Shown here: positions 1 to 12,349 of the stretch, one piece after another
Layout: each line of letters begins with the position of its first letter
Numbering within the stretch: the first letter of the stretch is position 1
Origin: Vicugna vicugna
Taxonomy: Eukaryota
Direction of reading: 5' to 3'
Assembly: GCA_013265495.1 (NCBI GenBank)
Contig: MU058384.1
Span: forward strand, 2,951,010 to 3,015,009
DNA length: 64,000 bases
The notes under the pieces: generated by a model
Told to the model about the DNA's origin: nothing
Database searches by the model: none
What the model saw: only the letters and a program-made list of their open reading frames with translations
Program-made: the position numbers and the translations under genes

Positions 1-729
1 AGTCTCTATGGTGATGGTTTCTTCTTTCACACAACACTGCACAGTTGTACAAAGGGGGGAATGCCAGTCTTCACTCACTGAGACAAGAGTCGACAAAATG
101 TTTCCTTTACAGGAAGCCACCAGCCACGTACTCAGAAAGGTGGCTGGGAGCAGACATCTCTGTGTTAAGTTAATTTGTTCTCTCCCTCTCTCTCACTCAT
201 TCTTTCTTCCTTGCTTCCTTCCTTACTTGCTTGTTGGCTTTCTACTTAGCTCTGCGATCAAGTTTGGCTCTATCCTAGTTCTTGCATGTTGGTCCCTGGG
301 AAGATGTATCACAGAATCTGACATCTTGAGTCATGAAGCATTGTGAACTTTCGTTTGCTGCATTTTCTGTCAATGGAAATTGGGAACAGAGACAAGTGAT
401 TATTTTTATGTTTCAAGAAGCAAAGATAGTGGGAGTAAAAGAATCTTGCTGCTTCAGAAAACTTGTAATTTATGTCCAAGTGCTACAGGATTGAAATGGA
501 AGCGATCCAAGAGTCTCCCCACATCCTGCCCCCAAAGTGGATCTGTGTTTGGAAATGAAAGTTCAATCTTTATCCTGAATTTAAATACAACTTTGTCCCC
601 CCTCCTGAATCTTAGGTAAATCTAATTAACATTCCTTTTTTTCTTGTTTCTTTTTTGTCTACTATTTCTACTTTTGGGTGTGTATTTGGGTGGGGGTGAG
701 GGTTTTGCAAGTACTTAAAATGTCCTAAG

Positions 730-1450
730 GTGTTTATTGGCAAGTAGTAACAAGTAACAGAGTGATCATGACTCCTACCAGCTTAAATCAGAGACCCTGT
801 CCTCCGTCCTCCTCCTCCATTCTCCACCCCCTTACTTTGCTCTTTTCTTCCTTCTCCCAGCGTTTATCTCCCTCTGACGTACTATCATCTTATTGGTTAT
901 GCTTATTGTCTATTGTTTGTCTCCTCCATAAGGACAGTGATGCTTGTCTGTTTCATGTATTCTAAGTGTTTGATCCCATATCTGGCACTTAGAATATATG
1001 AATATTTGTTGAACTCAATCTAATCAACTCCTGTCCCTTGAAAGTCTGGGTTTCTTGTGTGATGGGATCGTTTGTCTCAATGATGTCATCCAGGACCTTG
1101 CTCTTCACTGTTTTCACTGTCTACTTAGCTTAGCAGTGACCCTATCCTAAGTCAGGCTCCTCTTGTGGTCCCCAGACGGCTCTACCTCCAGGGCATCTAA
1201 TTCAAATACAGCAGGAGGGACTCGGAGGCTTCCTCCTACATTCCCAGCAAAAGTCCCGGGAGTCCCACTGAATAAACTGGCTCAGTCAGTAACAGTGACC
1301 GGGGGATAGATGTGCTGATGGCTTAAGCCCAGGCCACGTGTTCCCTCCTTCCCACCAAGATGGAATTAGCCTTTCAGGAATCACCTGGATCCCCAAACAG
1401 AAATTGAGGGGCTGTTGAAGAGGAGGAAGTGAAGGATGGATGTCTACACT
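730..1450 (-). mobile_element. MaLR solo LTR, MLT1K-like (split by an L2 fragment at ~790-1013)
   Basis: Recalled MLT1K-type blocks: caagtaacaga...ccagcttaa (730-790), ctcaatgatgtcatccagg (1076-1094), ggatccccaaacagaaattgaggggctgtt (1388-1417). Confidence 0.55.
790..1013 (+). mobile_element. L2 LINE 3' end fragment
   Basis: Ends ctggcacttagaatatatgaatatttgttgaa, resembling the L2 3' terminus. Confidence 0.6.
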
Positions 1451-2454
1451 ACTTGACAAGCGGGCAGAGCATGCTAACCAATCAGGCTTTACCATTACCA
1501 GTAAACAGAACTTGGGAAATCCCCTCTCTGTTCTTCCTAGTTAAGTGACTAGAGCTGAGGTTAGACATGGCTTATGTGATGAGATTGAGTTCATCTTCTC
1601 ATTTTTGGGGCAAATTTATGTTTTCTTAAGAGGGGGAAGAATCCTCAAAAAGGATTCAGGTGGGCAAGCCAACAAAAAGCTGACCTTAAGGTTGAAAAAA
1701 GTTTCCTTTTTCACTCTTTCCATTGATATAACTTACTGGACTTCTAAGAAAAGTAGTCACTTCACCCCTTTTTATTCTTATTCTTATTGGGTGCACCAAG
1801 CATTGGCACTTCTTCATCTCTGGGACTTACCATCCAAGTTAAGTAGCCTAGAGAGAAGCTGCAGGTTGTAGCCTGTGGCCACGAGCGAGGGTGTTACTCA
1901 GAGCTGATGCCTACGGGGCAGAACTCATCACTGCCTGGAGAGGGCCAGCTCACGCTGACAGCTGGCTCCTCTTTTTGCGCTTCCTCATCTCTGCTTACTA
2001 TCTCTGGATTCAATCCCAAGCAGAGGGCTGCTGAATTTGGCCACCCATGATTCCGTAACACAGGGGATGAGTTACTACAGGTAAGTACAGGGAGGTGGTG
2101 CAATTCCCCAAGTTATATTTCAAGTCAACAAATGTGCCGGGATCTTCAGTCTCCTGTCTTCTTCACAACATAAGGGAAGCACTCTCAGTTTCTAATACCT
2201 CACTTAGAAAAAGAATATAAGTGCTAATTATTGTCCTGACCACAGCCAGCTCTTCAGTACAACGCTGTGCCTTTGGAGTTAACCAACCGTAAATTACTCG
2301 GAGAAAGGCACGTGGCCACTAAACCGTGCCGGGCTAGTCTGCCTGCCTTGCTCACTCCACCGGGGGCCGATGCTCCCTTTCTGCATTCTGCTGTGGCCAC
2401 ACTGGCCTGTAAGTTACTGAAATAACCCAAAGTCTTTTCTTCCTTAGGGTCTTT

Positions 2455-2630
2455 GACGACCTGGGTTCAAGGTGTGCCTTTCCACTTACCCTTACCCTGC
2501 TTCATTGTATTCACCTGTGAGGTGGGACGGCCAGTGCTCCTACTTTGTAGGATCGTGTTAGGATTAAAGAATATAATATATGGGAAGTTCTTAGACTGCT
2601 CCTGGTTCATAATGATTAAAAATGTTAGCT
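2455..2630 (+). mobile_element. MIR SINE
   Basis: ctgggttcaa...ccacttac B-box region; core cacctgtgaggtggg...gttaggattaaagaa; tail aaatgttagct. Confidence 0.7.
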
Positions 2631-2679
2631 CCTTCTCCTTCTGTTCCTATTTTCCCTCTATTCCTCATCTCCTCCCCTC

Positions 2680-2976
2680 CCTTTTCCCAGACCTGGCATT
2701 TCAATGTCTTCATTGTTATGTGTACTCTCAGTACTCGGAGGACTTTTCTGACCATTCTAAGTTATAAGTTATTTTCTCTCTTACCTCTGTTTCCTTTGCT
2801 GCACCGATCTCCATTTGAAGTTATATATTTGTTTGCTTTTGTGTCCTCATTCGTTATCTTTTTCCATGAAGAGACTGAAAAATTCCATGCTAGTAGGGTC
2901 CTCGGTAGTTTCATCTGTCATTGTAAATATTGCCTGTCTGCACAGAGCAGGCAGTCAATACATATGTAGGAATGAA
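2680..2976 (+). mobile_element. L2 3' end fragment
   Basis: gcacagagcaggcagtcaatacatatgtaggaatgaa L2-like terminus. Confidence 0.55.
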
Positions 2977-3869
2977 AGCCTGAGTCCCTTAAACAGGAAG
3001 GGAGCTACAAAGGGAAACTAAAACTCTGCATCACTAATAATTCTCTAATATACTGGGGCTTTAGCTACACTGCTGGAGACCCTCACTGGGGTTGGGCATG
3101 GGAGGTGGGGAAAGGAAGCATACCTCCCACCTAAAAGAAAATGCCAAGCAACTTGAACACCTCCGAGTTCCAGAACCTTGGCTGCAAAAGTAGATGGAGG
3201 TGCCAAGCAAGAGACAGCGACAGCCATCAAACGACGGGGGTGTCCTTAGACGAGCGTGCTGGAGGGATCTTACTCAGCAACACGTGGAGGATACTTCCTA
3301 GGGGCCTCCAGAAGTATGTGAACGATACCTTTGGTTGGAGATCCACTGTCCCCAGGCTACGGAAAGAACCAGGGAAACTTGAGTTTGGGTTGTTCTTGTT
3401 ATCTGTGCAGTTGGGTAAGCCCAGAGGAAACCTGAGTTACGATATTAATATCATCATGGCCAGGACTCATCCCCATGTGCAGGGTTCAGAGAGAGAAATA
3501 CTCTAGCAAAGGTTCATAACCTGTTCATCGATGGAGTGTCACAGCAGGGGAGGAAAGAGCATGGTTTTATCAAAACTCCCAGATTATTGCCCACATATGG
3601 CTTCCAGAGACTGTAGGGGGTGTTTTGTGGGGGGAAATGGGTCATTTTCTGTCATACCGAACCTTTTAAAAAGATGACATTTCTAGCATCAGCCAACAGT
3701 AGAGAATGTTGAATATCCCTTATTACCTGGATATTGGGAAAGGGGCAAGCTGGTAAACATATTTAGTAAGCTGGGAAAAATGTTAACGCTGGTATTTTTA
3801 AGGAGAAGGTGGTCACCTTAGATTCAAGGAGCCACACCTGTGCTCTTTTAACTCCTGACTAGTTTCATT

Positions 3870-4200
3870 TTCAAAATGTATAACAGGAGTGTATAAACTA
3901 AAATGTGAATGGTCCTCCTCCTCCCTTATTGCTCAGCCAACCCTATTTCTGAGAGGTAACTACTATGGAAGCAGTCTCGTGGGCTTTCTCCCATTCTTTC
4001 TGTGGATTCCTTCACTTACAGGCATCCCATCATTTTATATGACAATCTTTTTATTGATATGCTTCCTCTTACTGATAGGATCTCTTCAACATTTCTTGAC
4101 AACAAACAGTGCTGCAATGAATATCTTTGTATATATTTTGGGGTATCTGTAGACTAAATTCCTAGATGTGTAATTGCCAGGTCAAAGTTATATGTATTGA
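3870..4200 (-). mobile_element. Old L1 (L1ME-like) 3' fragment
   Basis: aaacagtgctgcaatgaatatctttgta...ttcctagatgtgtaattgccaggtcaaag is typical antisense old-L1 sequence. Confidence 0.6.
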
Positions 4201-5518
4201 CAATCCCTGGGGCCCAGGTCTGATTGCATTTCTGCTGGTGAGCACTGATGTGGGCGCCTTAACTCCTTTGGACAGAGTTGGGACCACGTGGCCTTTAAAC
4301 AGCTTTCTAGCTCTTACATGGTTCAAGTCTAAGGTTCTCAGGCTCCTCCAGATGATGGCTGCACTGGGCTGACTTCTATGCTGTGATTTTGAGGATGAAG
4401 TCTCAATCTAGAAGCAAGCCAGGGAGAGAAGAAGGATGAAAAGAAAATGAGCAAAAGCAGGTGAAAATGAATGTGGGTTTTCCATAAATATCAAGACAGG
4501 CCGGAACTGAGCCAGCGTGGACTAAATATCCTTAGCTATCACAGAAGGCGAGAGCTCAGAGTGGTGCTTTTACTGTGAGCAGATGACATGAGTGTTTGAA
4601 CTAAAGGAGTGTCTTGTTATCTAAGGAGATTAGAGTTCTTTGTACCGAGCGGAGGGCATCTTACCAGGGCTGGCAGTAACCCAACCCATAACCTTTGAGC
4701 TGTAGTCCTTGTGGCTGTGTCATCAGTTGGTTTTATAAAAAAACGTGGCTAAACCTGCCCAGTCCTTGGCTGGAGACCCTTTCAGGAAAATCCAGGACGC
4801 AGCTGAAGTGTGGTAGGTGACTCAGGTGGTGGAATTCTGCCTTTGAGTCAGGACAGAAATTTTGCTTTTCCCTGGTTTGGGTGGTGGTTAGTCATTTTTA
4901 AGGACCTATAAAATTTTTCTACAGAAAATGTTATCTTGAAAAGGTAGTTTTTGTTTTAATTGAAAGATTCGTAAACTGTTTCCTTAAGATTCCACTTCAA
5001 GTTTAGCTAAAGATGTCATTATTCCTTTCCTTTTTTGGAATAACAGGTTCAGCCCTAAAGAAGGATCACCAGGTTTCCATTTGTAATTCAGAAGCAACTA
5101 AGATGTCCAAACCCTAAGACAGACGTTTTAGGCTGTTCCTGAATGAAAGCCAGTGGATAATCAGAGAAGTTCACTCTAAATAATTGATAAAGCTTCTCCT
5201 TACTAAAGTTTTGAACTTTCCATTCTAATTTAGTACTACTAGATCCCAAATCTACATTACAGACACTTCTTAGCTTTTATGAAATAGACGTTTGAAGAGT
5301 GCCTGTCTTTAGGTTTTATGGGAAGGAATACAGAAAATTGAAAATTTTAATTCAGGCAAGGGATATAAACATACACATGAGTACAGACCAAAATTTCTTT
5401 AAAAATAGGATACAAAGAATAACTTCAATACTCTAAAGCTACAACCTTGACCTACATACATGCTTTTCTCTTTGGGCTGAAAGGTGCTGATCTGAGATGC
5501 TAATGGCTGCATTAATAA

Positions 5519-5562
5519 ATAAATCTGTAGAGTCATCAACATAAATCTATAGTGTCATCAAT
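5519..5562. repeat. 22-bp tandem duplication, possibly within an L3/CR1 relic
   Basis: ataaatctgtagagtcatcaac / ataaatctatagtgtcatcaat (3 mismatches). Confidence 0.7.
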
Positions 5563-5819
5563 CCAGAAAGGTCATGATACAAAGGAGTTAGCTGTACACA
5601 TGATATTATAGAGCTAGTAAGTGGCTATGTCTTGTCCAGAATCCCCAAATGATCCATGAATTATTGTACTGAGTATGAATTATTGTTTTTGTCCTCAGCC
5701 AGACTTTGACACCAATGCTGATGACTTTGCTGGCATATTACATGGAGGAATGCAGAGGCTGGCTCAGTGATAGGTCACATTCTTTGGTTCTGAGGCTGAG
5801 ACGGCAAGTCACCTTCAAT

Positions 5820-6262
5820 ATCTAGCTTTCCTCAATGATGGACTTCTGGCTGGGACCATGGCTATGCAGAGAAAGACTGCATTTCTTAGCCTCCATTGTG
5901 GCTAGGTGTTTCTAAGTGATGAATTTCTGACTAAGGAGATAGGAGAAGAGCCATGTGGGCAGTAGCTTCTGGGAAATTTCTTTACAGAACAATGGCCTAT
6001 GTACCCAAGCCCCTTAATTTCCTTTCCCCTCTCTTGCTACTTGTAATACAGGTCTGATGGTGGGAGCTCCCTCTTGGACCGGGACTTTAGGACTATAGCT
6101 TTGGAACAACAGAAGAGACATCTGGAAGGAACCTCGGTCCCTGACACATTTGGGGATCAAAGCTTACCAGACCCAGGTTTCTACCTCCAGACTTATGTGA
6201 GGAAAATAGACTTCTCTCTTTTTGGAACCACTGTTAATTTATAGCCAATTTCTATAACTCAT
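5820..6262 (+). mobile_element. ERVL-class solo LTR, LTR33/LTR16-like
   Basis: gctgggaccatggct...aaagactgcatttcttagcctccattgtggctaggtgt matches recalled LTR33 core. Confidence 0.65.
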
Positions 6263-6989
6263 CATCTATTCCTTTGATGGACATTAGCCTGATTTTCCTT
6301 GATTTAAAGAAACCTGACACTTTTTTTTTCCTTCTGAAATCAGTATCAGGTTATATGATCAGATGTATGGTCCAGTAAATGGACAAGAAAGTTTCAAATT
6401 GAGATGACGTTGAAAAAACCCCAAATGGAAGCTTGCCATTTGTTTATGTTACACATAGGTCTATAGCTGGGCTGGTGGTGCTTTGGTTAGAATGGTGGCA
6501 GGTGATCTAATCATTAGTGATAATGAAACAAGTAGACTGCTGATGGAGCATTCTACTGTGAGAGGCTCACAGACCTTTTCTCAGCTTTACTACGTCAGCG
6601 TCTGTGACCCTCCCTCCTTTAGGTCTCAGGAGGGCTTCGGCTGACCACTTCCTCCCAACCCCCAACAAACATACCTTTTGTTAGGATCATAAATGAGAGC
6701 ATAAGGTCTCTCTTCCACTTCCACCTCCAATTTACCTATTTTTGCCTCCAAATCATTGTCATGCCAACAACCCTTGGAAAAGGGGAAAAAACCAATCAAA
6801 CAAACAGAACTCCAAACAAACACAAATCCAAGGCAATATCCTGATACTGCTGATGGGCCCTATCTCTGGAGGTGATGACAAAGTAACTGGGTTGTTGAGT
6901 CACTGGCCTAACTGGGAAAAAAATGCAAAATGCATTTTTAGTTTATTTACACCTGCTGAAGGCATCACAGCAATATTTTGTTGGCGTTT

Positions 6990-7125
6990 TTCAAAAACAT
7001 CCAGTGAGATAGGTCAGCATCACCTTTACCCTCTTCTAATGAGGACTTTAAACTCCCAAGCAGTGAAATAATAAGCAAGATATTTGCAGGAGGCAGAAGT
7101 AGTCTCCAGGCTCCTCCAGTTTTCT
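6990..7125 (-). mobile_element. MIR SINE fragment
   Basis: gtgagataggt...taatgaggactttaaactc degenerate antisense MIR core. Confidence 0.45.
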
Positions 7126-7644
7126 ACAGGCCGCTTGTTCTTGAGTCCCAGACTTTTTCATGATTTTGCTCCCACGGCTTCCCCAAACCAGGAAGTTTTT
7201 CTTCTTTGTATTTCACATCCACCCTATCTACCCTCATTGCTCCTTTCCTGTGATTTTGAAATTTCTTTTGAATTCGCTTGCATCATGTTGAATCCCAGAA
7301 CTAGCCCTTCTGTCACTGCCATTTGCCTCACTGAGAACATCCCCGAAGTGCGGCTCAAAGGAAGGACCCCCTGGGAGAAAGGGGTTGCCCGGATAAATGA
7401 TTCATTTGCTACAGAGGTGGATTTTTTAAGATGTCATTTTCATTCTGGAAAGGAGGAAACTGATCTTCCTGTCTTCTGAAGCATCATCACCACGCCAGGA
7501 GCTGGAGGGCAAAGCGTGTAATTGCGAGATTTTGAATGAACGGGGGAAGAGGGACCCCACTGAGAGGGGGTCCGAAAGCTCACGCCCATCCTTCTGTTTC
7601 CCTGGTTGCTGAAGATGCAGAAGCCGCCTTGCTAACGTGCGGCA

Positions 7645-7713
7645 GTGAGTGACTCACAGTCAGCTGACAGGGCAGGAAGTCACCTCGAGCTGCACTGACA
7701 GACGGGAAAGTCC
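7645..7713. promoter_or_regulatory. Candidate enhancer: AP-1, E-box/MEIS, ETS and kB-like sites
   Basis: TGACTCA 7650-7656, GTCAGCTGAC palindrome 7659-7668, CAGGAAGT 7673-7680, GGGAAAGTCC 7704-7713 in unique CpG-retaining DNA. Confidence 0.5.
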
Positions 7714-8144
7714 AGAGTAGATTGAATGTACTTTTTAAGAAAAGGAAATAAAGAAGGCGCTCTGTAGCTGATGGGCTGTGTCACAAGGTTAGAAAGCCCG
7801 ATTACCCCTGATAGCCCTGTGCAAGGCAGTAAGTAGCCTGGAAACACGTTGATCTGTATATAAAGATGTTACTAAAACATTTGCAAGCTATGCACATATG
7901 CTTTAGTCATTAAATACAGACTGGCACTCTTGTTGGAAGAATGAAATCACCCAGTCTTCCCTGGGCTGAATTAAATAATAAATTATCTGCCGGGGTCTCG
8001 GCAGGGATGATCATAAGTAGAATTGTGAAGCAGGACATCGTCCCTCTCAGTGTAGTTGCCTGCTGTTTGGAGTTCTTCTCTCATCCCAGGGGTTTAGGGA
8101 TCTCCTGGGGCCCTTTTTCTTTCAAAGGAGAGGAAGTGAACTCT

Positions 8145-8560
8145 TTCAGCCAATCAGCAAATCTGGGAATATATTGGTGTGCCACATATTCTGCAAGGGA
8201 ATATGAGGAGGTTGGATGGGAAAAGATCTTTGAAGAGCTCCATCTAATTGGAGGCGACAAGGTGTAAAGACATTGAAAGGTGAGTAACAGAAAACGAGTC
8301 CTTTCAAGGAGGAGTATGATGGATTACCAAATGTCTCTGTCAAGAGAAAAGACATACTGTGGGTGTCAAGAGGAAGCTGAGGTCAGTGTGGATGAGGTAG
8401 GTCAGAGAAGTATTTGTGCAAAGGGAGGATCTGGAACTTTACTGCACGTTAAAGTGGGCAGAGTCCACGTTAAATAACTGACAAAGATCAAATCAGTTAC
8501 CCCAGGAATGGCAGTGGCCATGGTAGATATTTTGAGTAGAACGGTGGTGTGGGTGTGAGA
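8145..8560 (-). mobile_element. L2 fragment
   Basis: Purine-rich degenerate antisense L2 (gagctccatctaattggaggcgacaag...). Confidence 0.45.
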
Positions 8561-8589
8561 GTCTGAAGATCAGAAAGACTATTGAACAG

Positions 8590-8720
8590 TGAAGCCTCTG
8601 TTTCTTCATCTTTAGAGTGGGTGCCATAAAGGCCCTACCTGCCATCCAGATTAAGTGAAATAGTGTGAATCATGATGTGAATTCAAACCTACATAGCAAA
8701 TTTAAGTTGTTGTTAATGGC
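8590..8720 (+). mobile_element. MIR core fragment
   Basis: gcctctgtttcttcatctttagagtggg...gattaagtgaaata. Confidence 0.6.
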
Positions 8721-11324
8721 AATGTGTTATGATTTTAGGAATATCATTTTGCATGTGGAAATACCGCTTAACTTTAAGGATTAAAGTGGTCATATAGAAT
8801 CCATTCATAGGTTATGGAGAAGAGTTGGAGGTGGGAGTGCTAACTGCGTATGAAATCACAACATGCAGGTGACCAGTGAGCACCTGCTTAAGCTTAGTTT
8901 GGGGTCTTGTTTGAAGCTAGGTGAGGACATTTGTTTTTTAATATTTTCACTAATACAGGTATCATCTTTCTAGGATCTTCTGATTTTCACTGGCAGAGAA
9001 CATACTTTGTTTGCAGTGTCCCAAATGACCATTACATTTTTAATTTGGACTCAGAGAGCTTGCACATTACATGATACATAGTAAGAACTCAGTGTGTATC
9101 GAATGAAGGAGTTTTCCAGATTTAAGGTGCAGTCTAGTGATCACTGCTTCTTATATGGGGAGGGGAAGCATATTTTCCCACTTAAACTTGATGGAAAAAT
9201 GCTCAGTGTTCATAGTAGGATCAAAATTCACACAGTGTTGATCAGATACGCATAAATGAAAAGTAACGAAATGCGTCTTTATTTTCCTTCACTGAGCTCC
9301 TCTTGTTTGGAGCCCGTTTGCAGCGATGACAGGATGGGTGTCTTTTCTTTGACAATGTCCATTCTTTTCCAGGCTAAAAAGTTTCTTGGGGGTAAATACT
9401 GAGTCCACTCAAAGTTTAAATCCTCTTTCAGGGTGGCCTCTCCCTGCTCAAGAATTTCCCTGTCTCTCTTTTCTCATTTTAGACTAGAGGACTGTGTGCT
9501 AGGTGAAGGCGGGAGGACCTCTGTCCCCAGGTCGCCCTCTGCAGCTCCTTGGCTTCTGCTAAAGAGCCGGCACCCTGTGCTGTGCTGTTCATGGAGGAGT
9601 GATCAACCCCATGCACCTTGGATATTGTGCTGGTGTTCCCTGCTGATGTCCATGAGCCTGCTCACATGGTCTCCATGGGTCTGTGGATCCTGCACTCTGT
9701 CCCCAGGACTTATCCAGTCAGATGGTCCCTTTGGCGCCTTTATTCTCCCTTTGCCCGGGGCCTACCCTCACTTTGCCATCTTAGTACCATGCTGCAGTGT
9801 GTGAGACCCCTGGGACTTGTGTGTGGGGGTGCCTTGGTCCATTTCCCCAGGATGAGACTGCTGGCAGTCTATGAGTCTGGCTATTTTCCCTTGCTCACGC
9901 TGTGTTCACAGATTCCCCCCAGACCTCTCTGGTTGCTCCTATGCCCAGGTCTGGCCCTGGCCCTTCTCCCCCACCTCTCATTCTGCTCCTTTCTGCAGCC
10001 CAGGAAGGCTGTTACAGGAGTTTAGCAATTAATCCCTTCTTGAGTCTGAGAACTGCCTGTTTCTCCTTTCTGCCCTAGAACCAGTCCTCCCACATCCAGC
10101 ACATCAGACTACAAACATTTCCTTTTTAATCTTTTTTTCTCAGCAAGGCTGAACTTTTGCAAAACAGGAGTGTTTGTTTTTAGAATTTTGTCTAATTCTA
10201 ATCTTTTAAGACCCATTTTTAAACAAAGCGCAGCGATAGTTCTCATTCTTACTGAATTCTGCCTCTGGGTCTAATGGGTGGCGATTTCCAGTACAGTGAG
10301 GGAAAATGAATCATCAGAACCAAAAAGATATTGACTTAATGCCTCAAAAATTTTATCCCTGTTACAGATATTTGAGGTATTTTAGTAATTGTGACACTAC
10401 CCTGAAGTGGGTGATGGTGACATCAATTCCCTGGCTGGGAGGGGCTCATTATTCATTCAGCAACTTAAATGTTCCCGGGTTATGAGTCATCACAAAATAT
10501 TTGTTCAGCAGCTACTTCATTCCGAACATGGGAGAAGCAGACCACGTTTTTAACAACTGATTGCTAAACACACTACAGGTAAACCACCCAGTGTAAAGAT
10601 AATGGGATAGGAATCAAGAAAGAATTTTAGGGATCCCCCCCCAAAACACTGGAAAACCTTAGAAAAGGAGTGAATTGAGGCCCTACCTGAACCATGCACC
10701 ACAGAAGCCAAAAGCAGATACTTTGGGAACCAGAGAGAACGGTGCTTTTCACCTTCAGGGACCAGAGCCAACCTAAAAGGCAGCTGCAGCAGGATAGAAA
10801 CGTTTGGTTGGCCATTTGCAGTGCAAGAACAAGTCCCAGGAGGTCCAGCCCTGGAGGGAAGGGTGGAAAGCCGGGCAAGGAGGGAACCTCATCTACTTTG
10901 TTAGGGTTTTTTTCTATATACTTTTTAATTTTAAAATTGCTATATCAATTTATTTTTATTTTTTATATAATTTTTAAAGGTGACTTTCCATTTACAGTTT
11001 TTACAAAATATAGGCTATGTTCCCCGTGTTGTACAGTACATCTCTGAGCCTGTCTCACACCCAATAGTTTGTGCCTCCCACTCCCCCACACTCATGGTGC
11101 CCCTCTTTCCTCACTGGTGACCACTAGTTTGTTCTCTATATCTGTGACTCTGCTTTTTTGTTATATTCACTAGTTTGATGGGGTTTTTTTTAGATTCTAC
11201 TTGTAAGTGATATCATACAGTATTTGTCTTTCTCTCTGACATTTCACTTAGCATAATGCCCTCCAAGTCCATCCATGTTGCTGCAAATGGCAAAATTTTG
11301 TACTTTTTATTGCAGAGTAGTATT

Positions 11325-11326
<2 letters not shown>

Positions 11327-11359
<33 letters not shown>
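11327..11359. repeat. (TG)n microsatellite inside L1
   Basis: Direct observation. Confidence 0.95.
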
Positions 11360-11361
<2 letters not shown>

Positions 11362-11394
11362 TACATCTTCTTTATCCATTCATCTGTTGATGGA

Positions 11395-12349
11395 CACAAA
11401 AACAGACACATAGATCCATGGAACAGGATAGAAAGCCCAGAAATAAACCTATATATTTATGGTCAATTAATCTATGACAAAGGAGGCAAGAATACCCAAG
11501 AGAGAAAAGACAGTCTCTTCAAAAAGTGGTGCTGGGAGAACTGGACAGCTACACGTAAAAGAATGAAATTAGAATATTCTCTAGCACCATATACAAAAAT
11601 AAACTCAAAATGAATTAAAGCTCTAAATGTAAGACCAGATACTATAAAACTCCTAGAGGAAAACATAGGCAAAACATTCTTTGACATAAATCACAGCAAT
11701 TTTTTTGGATCCATCTCCTAAAGTAAAGGAAGTAAAAGCAAAAATAAACAAATAGGACATAATTAAACTGAAAAGCTTCTATACAGTGAAAGAAACCACT
11801 AATAAAATGAAAAGACAACCTACTGAATGGGAGAAAACATTTGCAAATGATTTGACCTATAAGGATTAATACCCAATATATATAAGCAGCTTATACAATG
11901 CAACATCAGAAAAATAAGCAATCCGATTAAAAAATAGGCAGAAGAACTGAATAGACATTTTTTCCAAAGAGGAAATGCAGATGGCCAACAAGTACATGAA
12001 AAGATGCTCAACATCACTAATCATCAGAGAAATGCAAATCAAAACCACAATGAGATGTCATCTCACATGTGTCAGTATGGCTATTGTCAAAAAGAACTCA
12101 AACGACAAATGTTGGCAAGAATGTGGAGAAAAGGGAACCCTTGTGCACTGTTGATGGGAATATAAATTGGCTCAGCTACTATGGGAAACAGTATGGAAAT
12201 TTCTAGAAAAACTAAAAGTAGAACTACCATATGATCCAGCAATTCCAATTCTGGGTATATATCCAAAAAACCCAAAAACACTAACTGAAAAAGATACATG
12301 CACCCCAATGTTCACAGCAGCATTGTTTACAATTGCCAAAATATGGAAA
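11395..12349 (+). pseudogene. Disrupted L1 ORF2 C-terminal region (inverted segment)
   Basis: Peptides [18 protein letters not shown]...WCWENW...YTKINSK and LPYDPAIPILGIYPK...CTPMFTAALFTIAKIWK, with stops/frameshifts. Confidence 0.92.

Noticed and set aside
3660..3820. Possible hAT-Blackjack element ending ggtcacctta
   Set aside because: Only one terminus-like motif seen; no matching opposite TIR found
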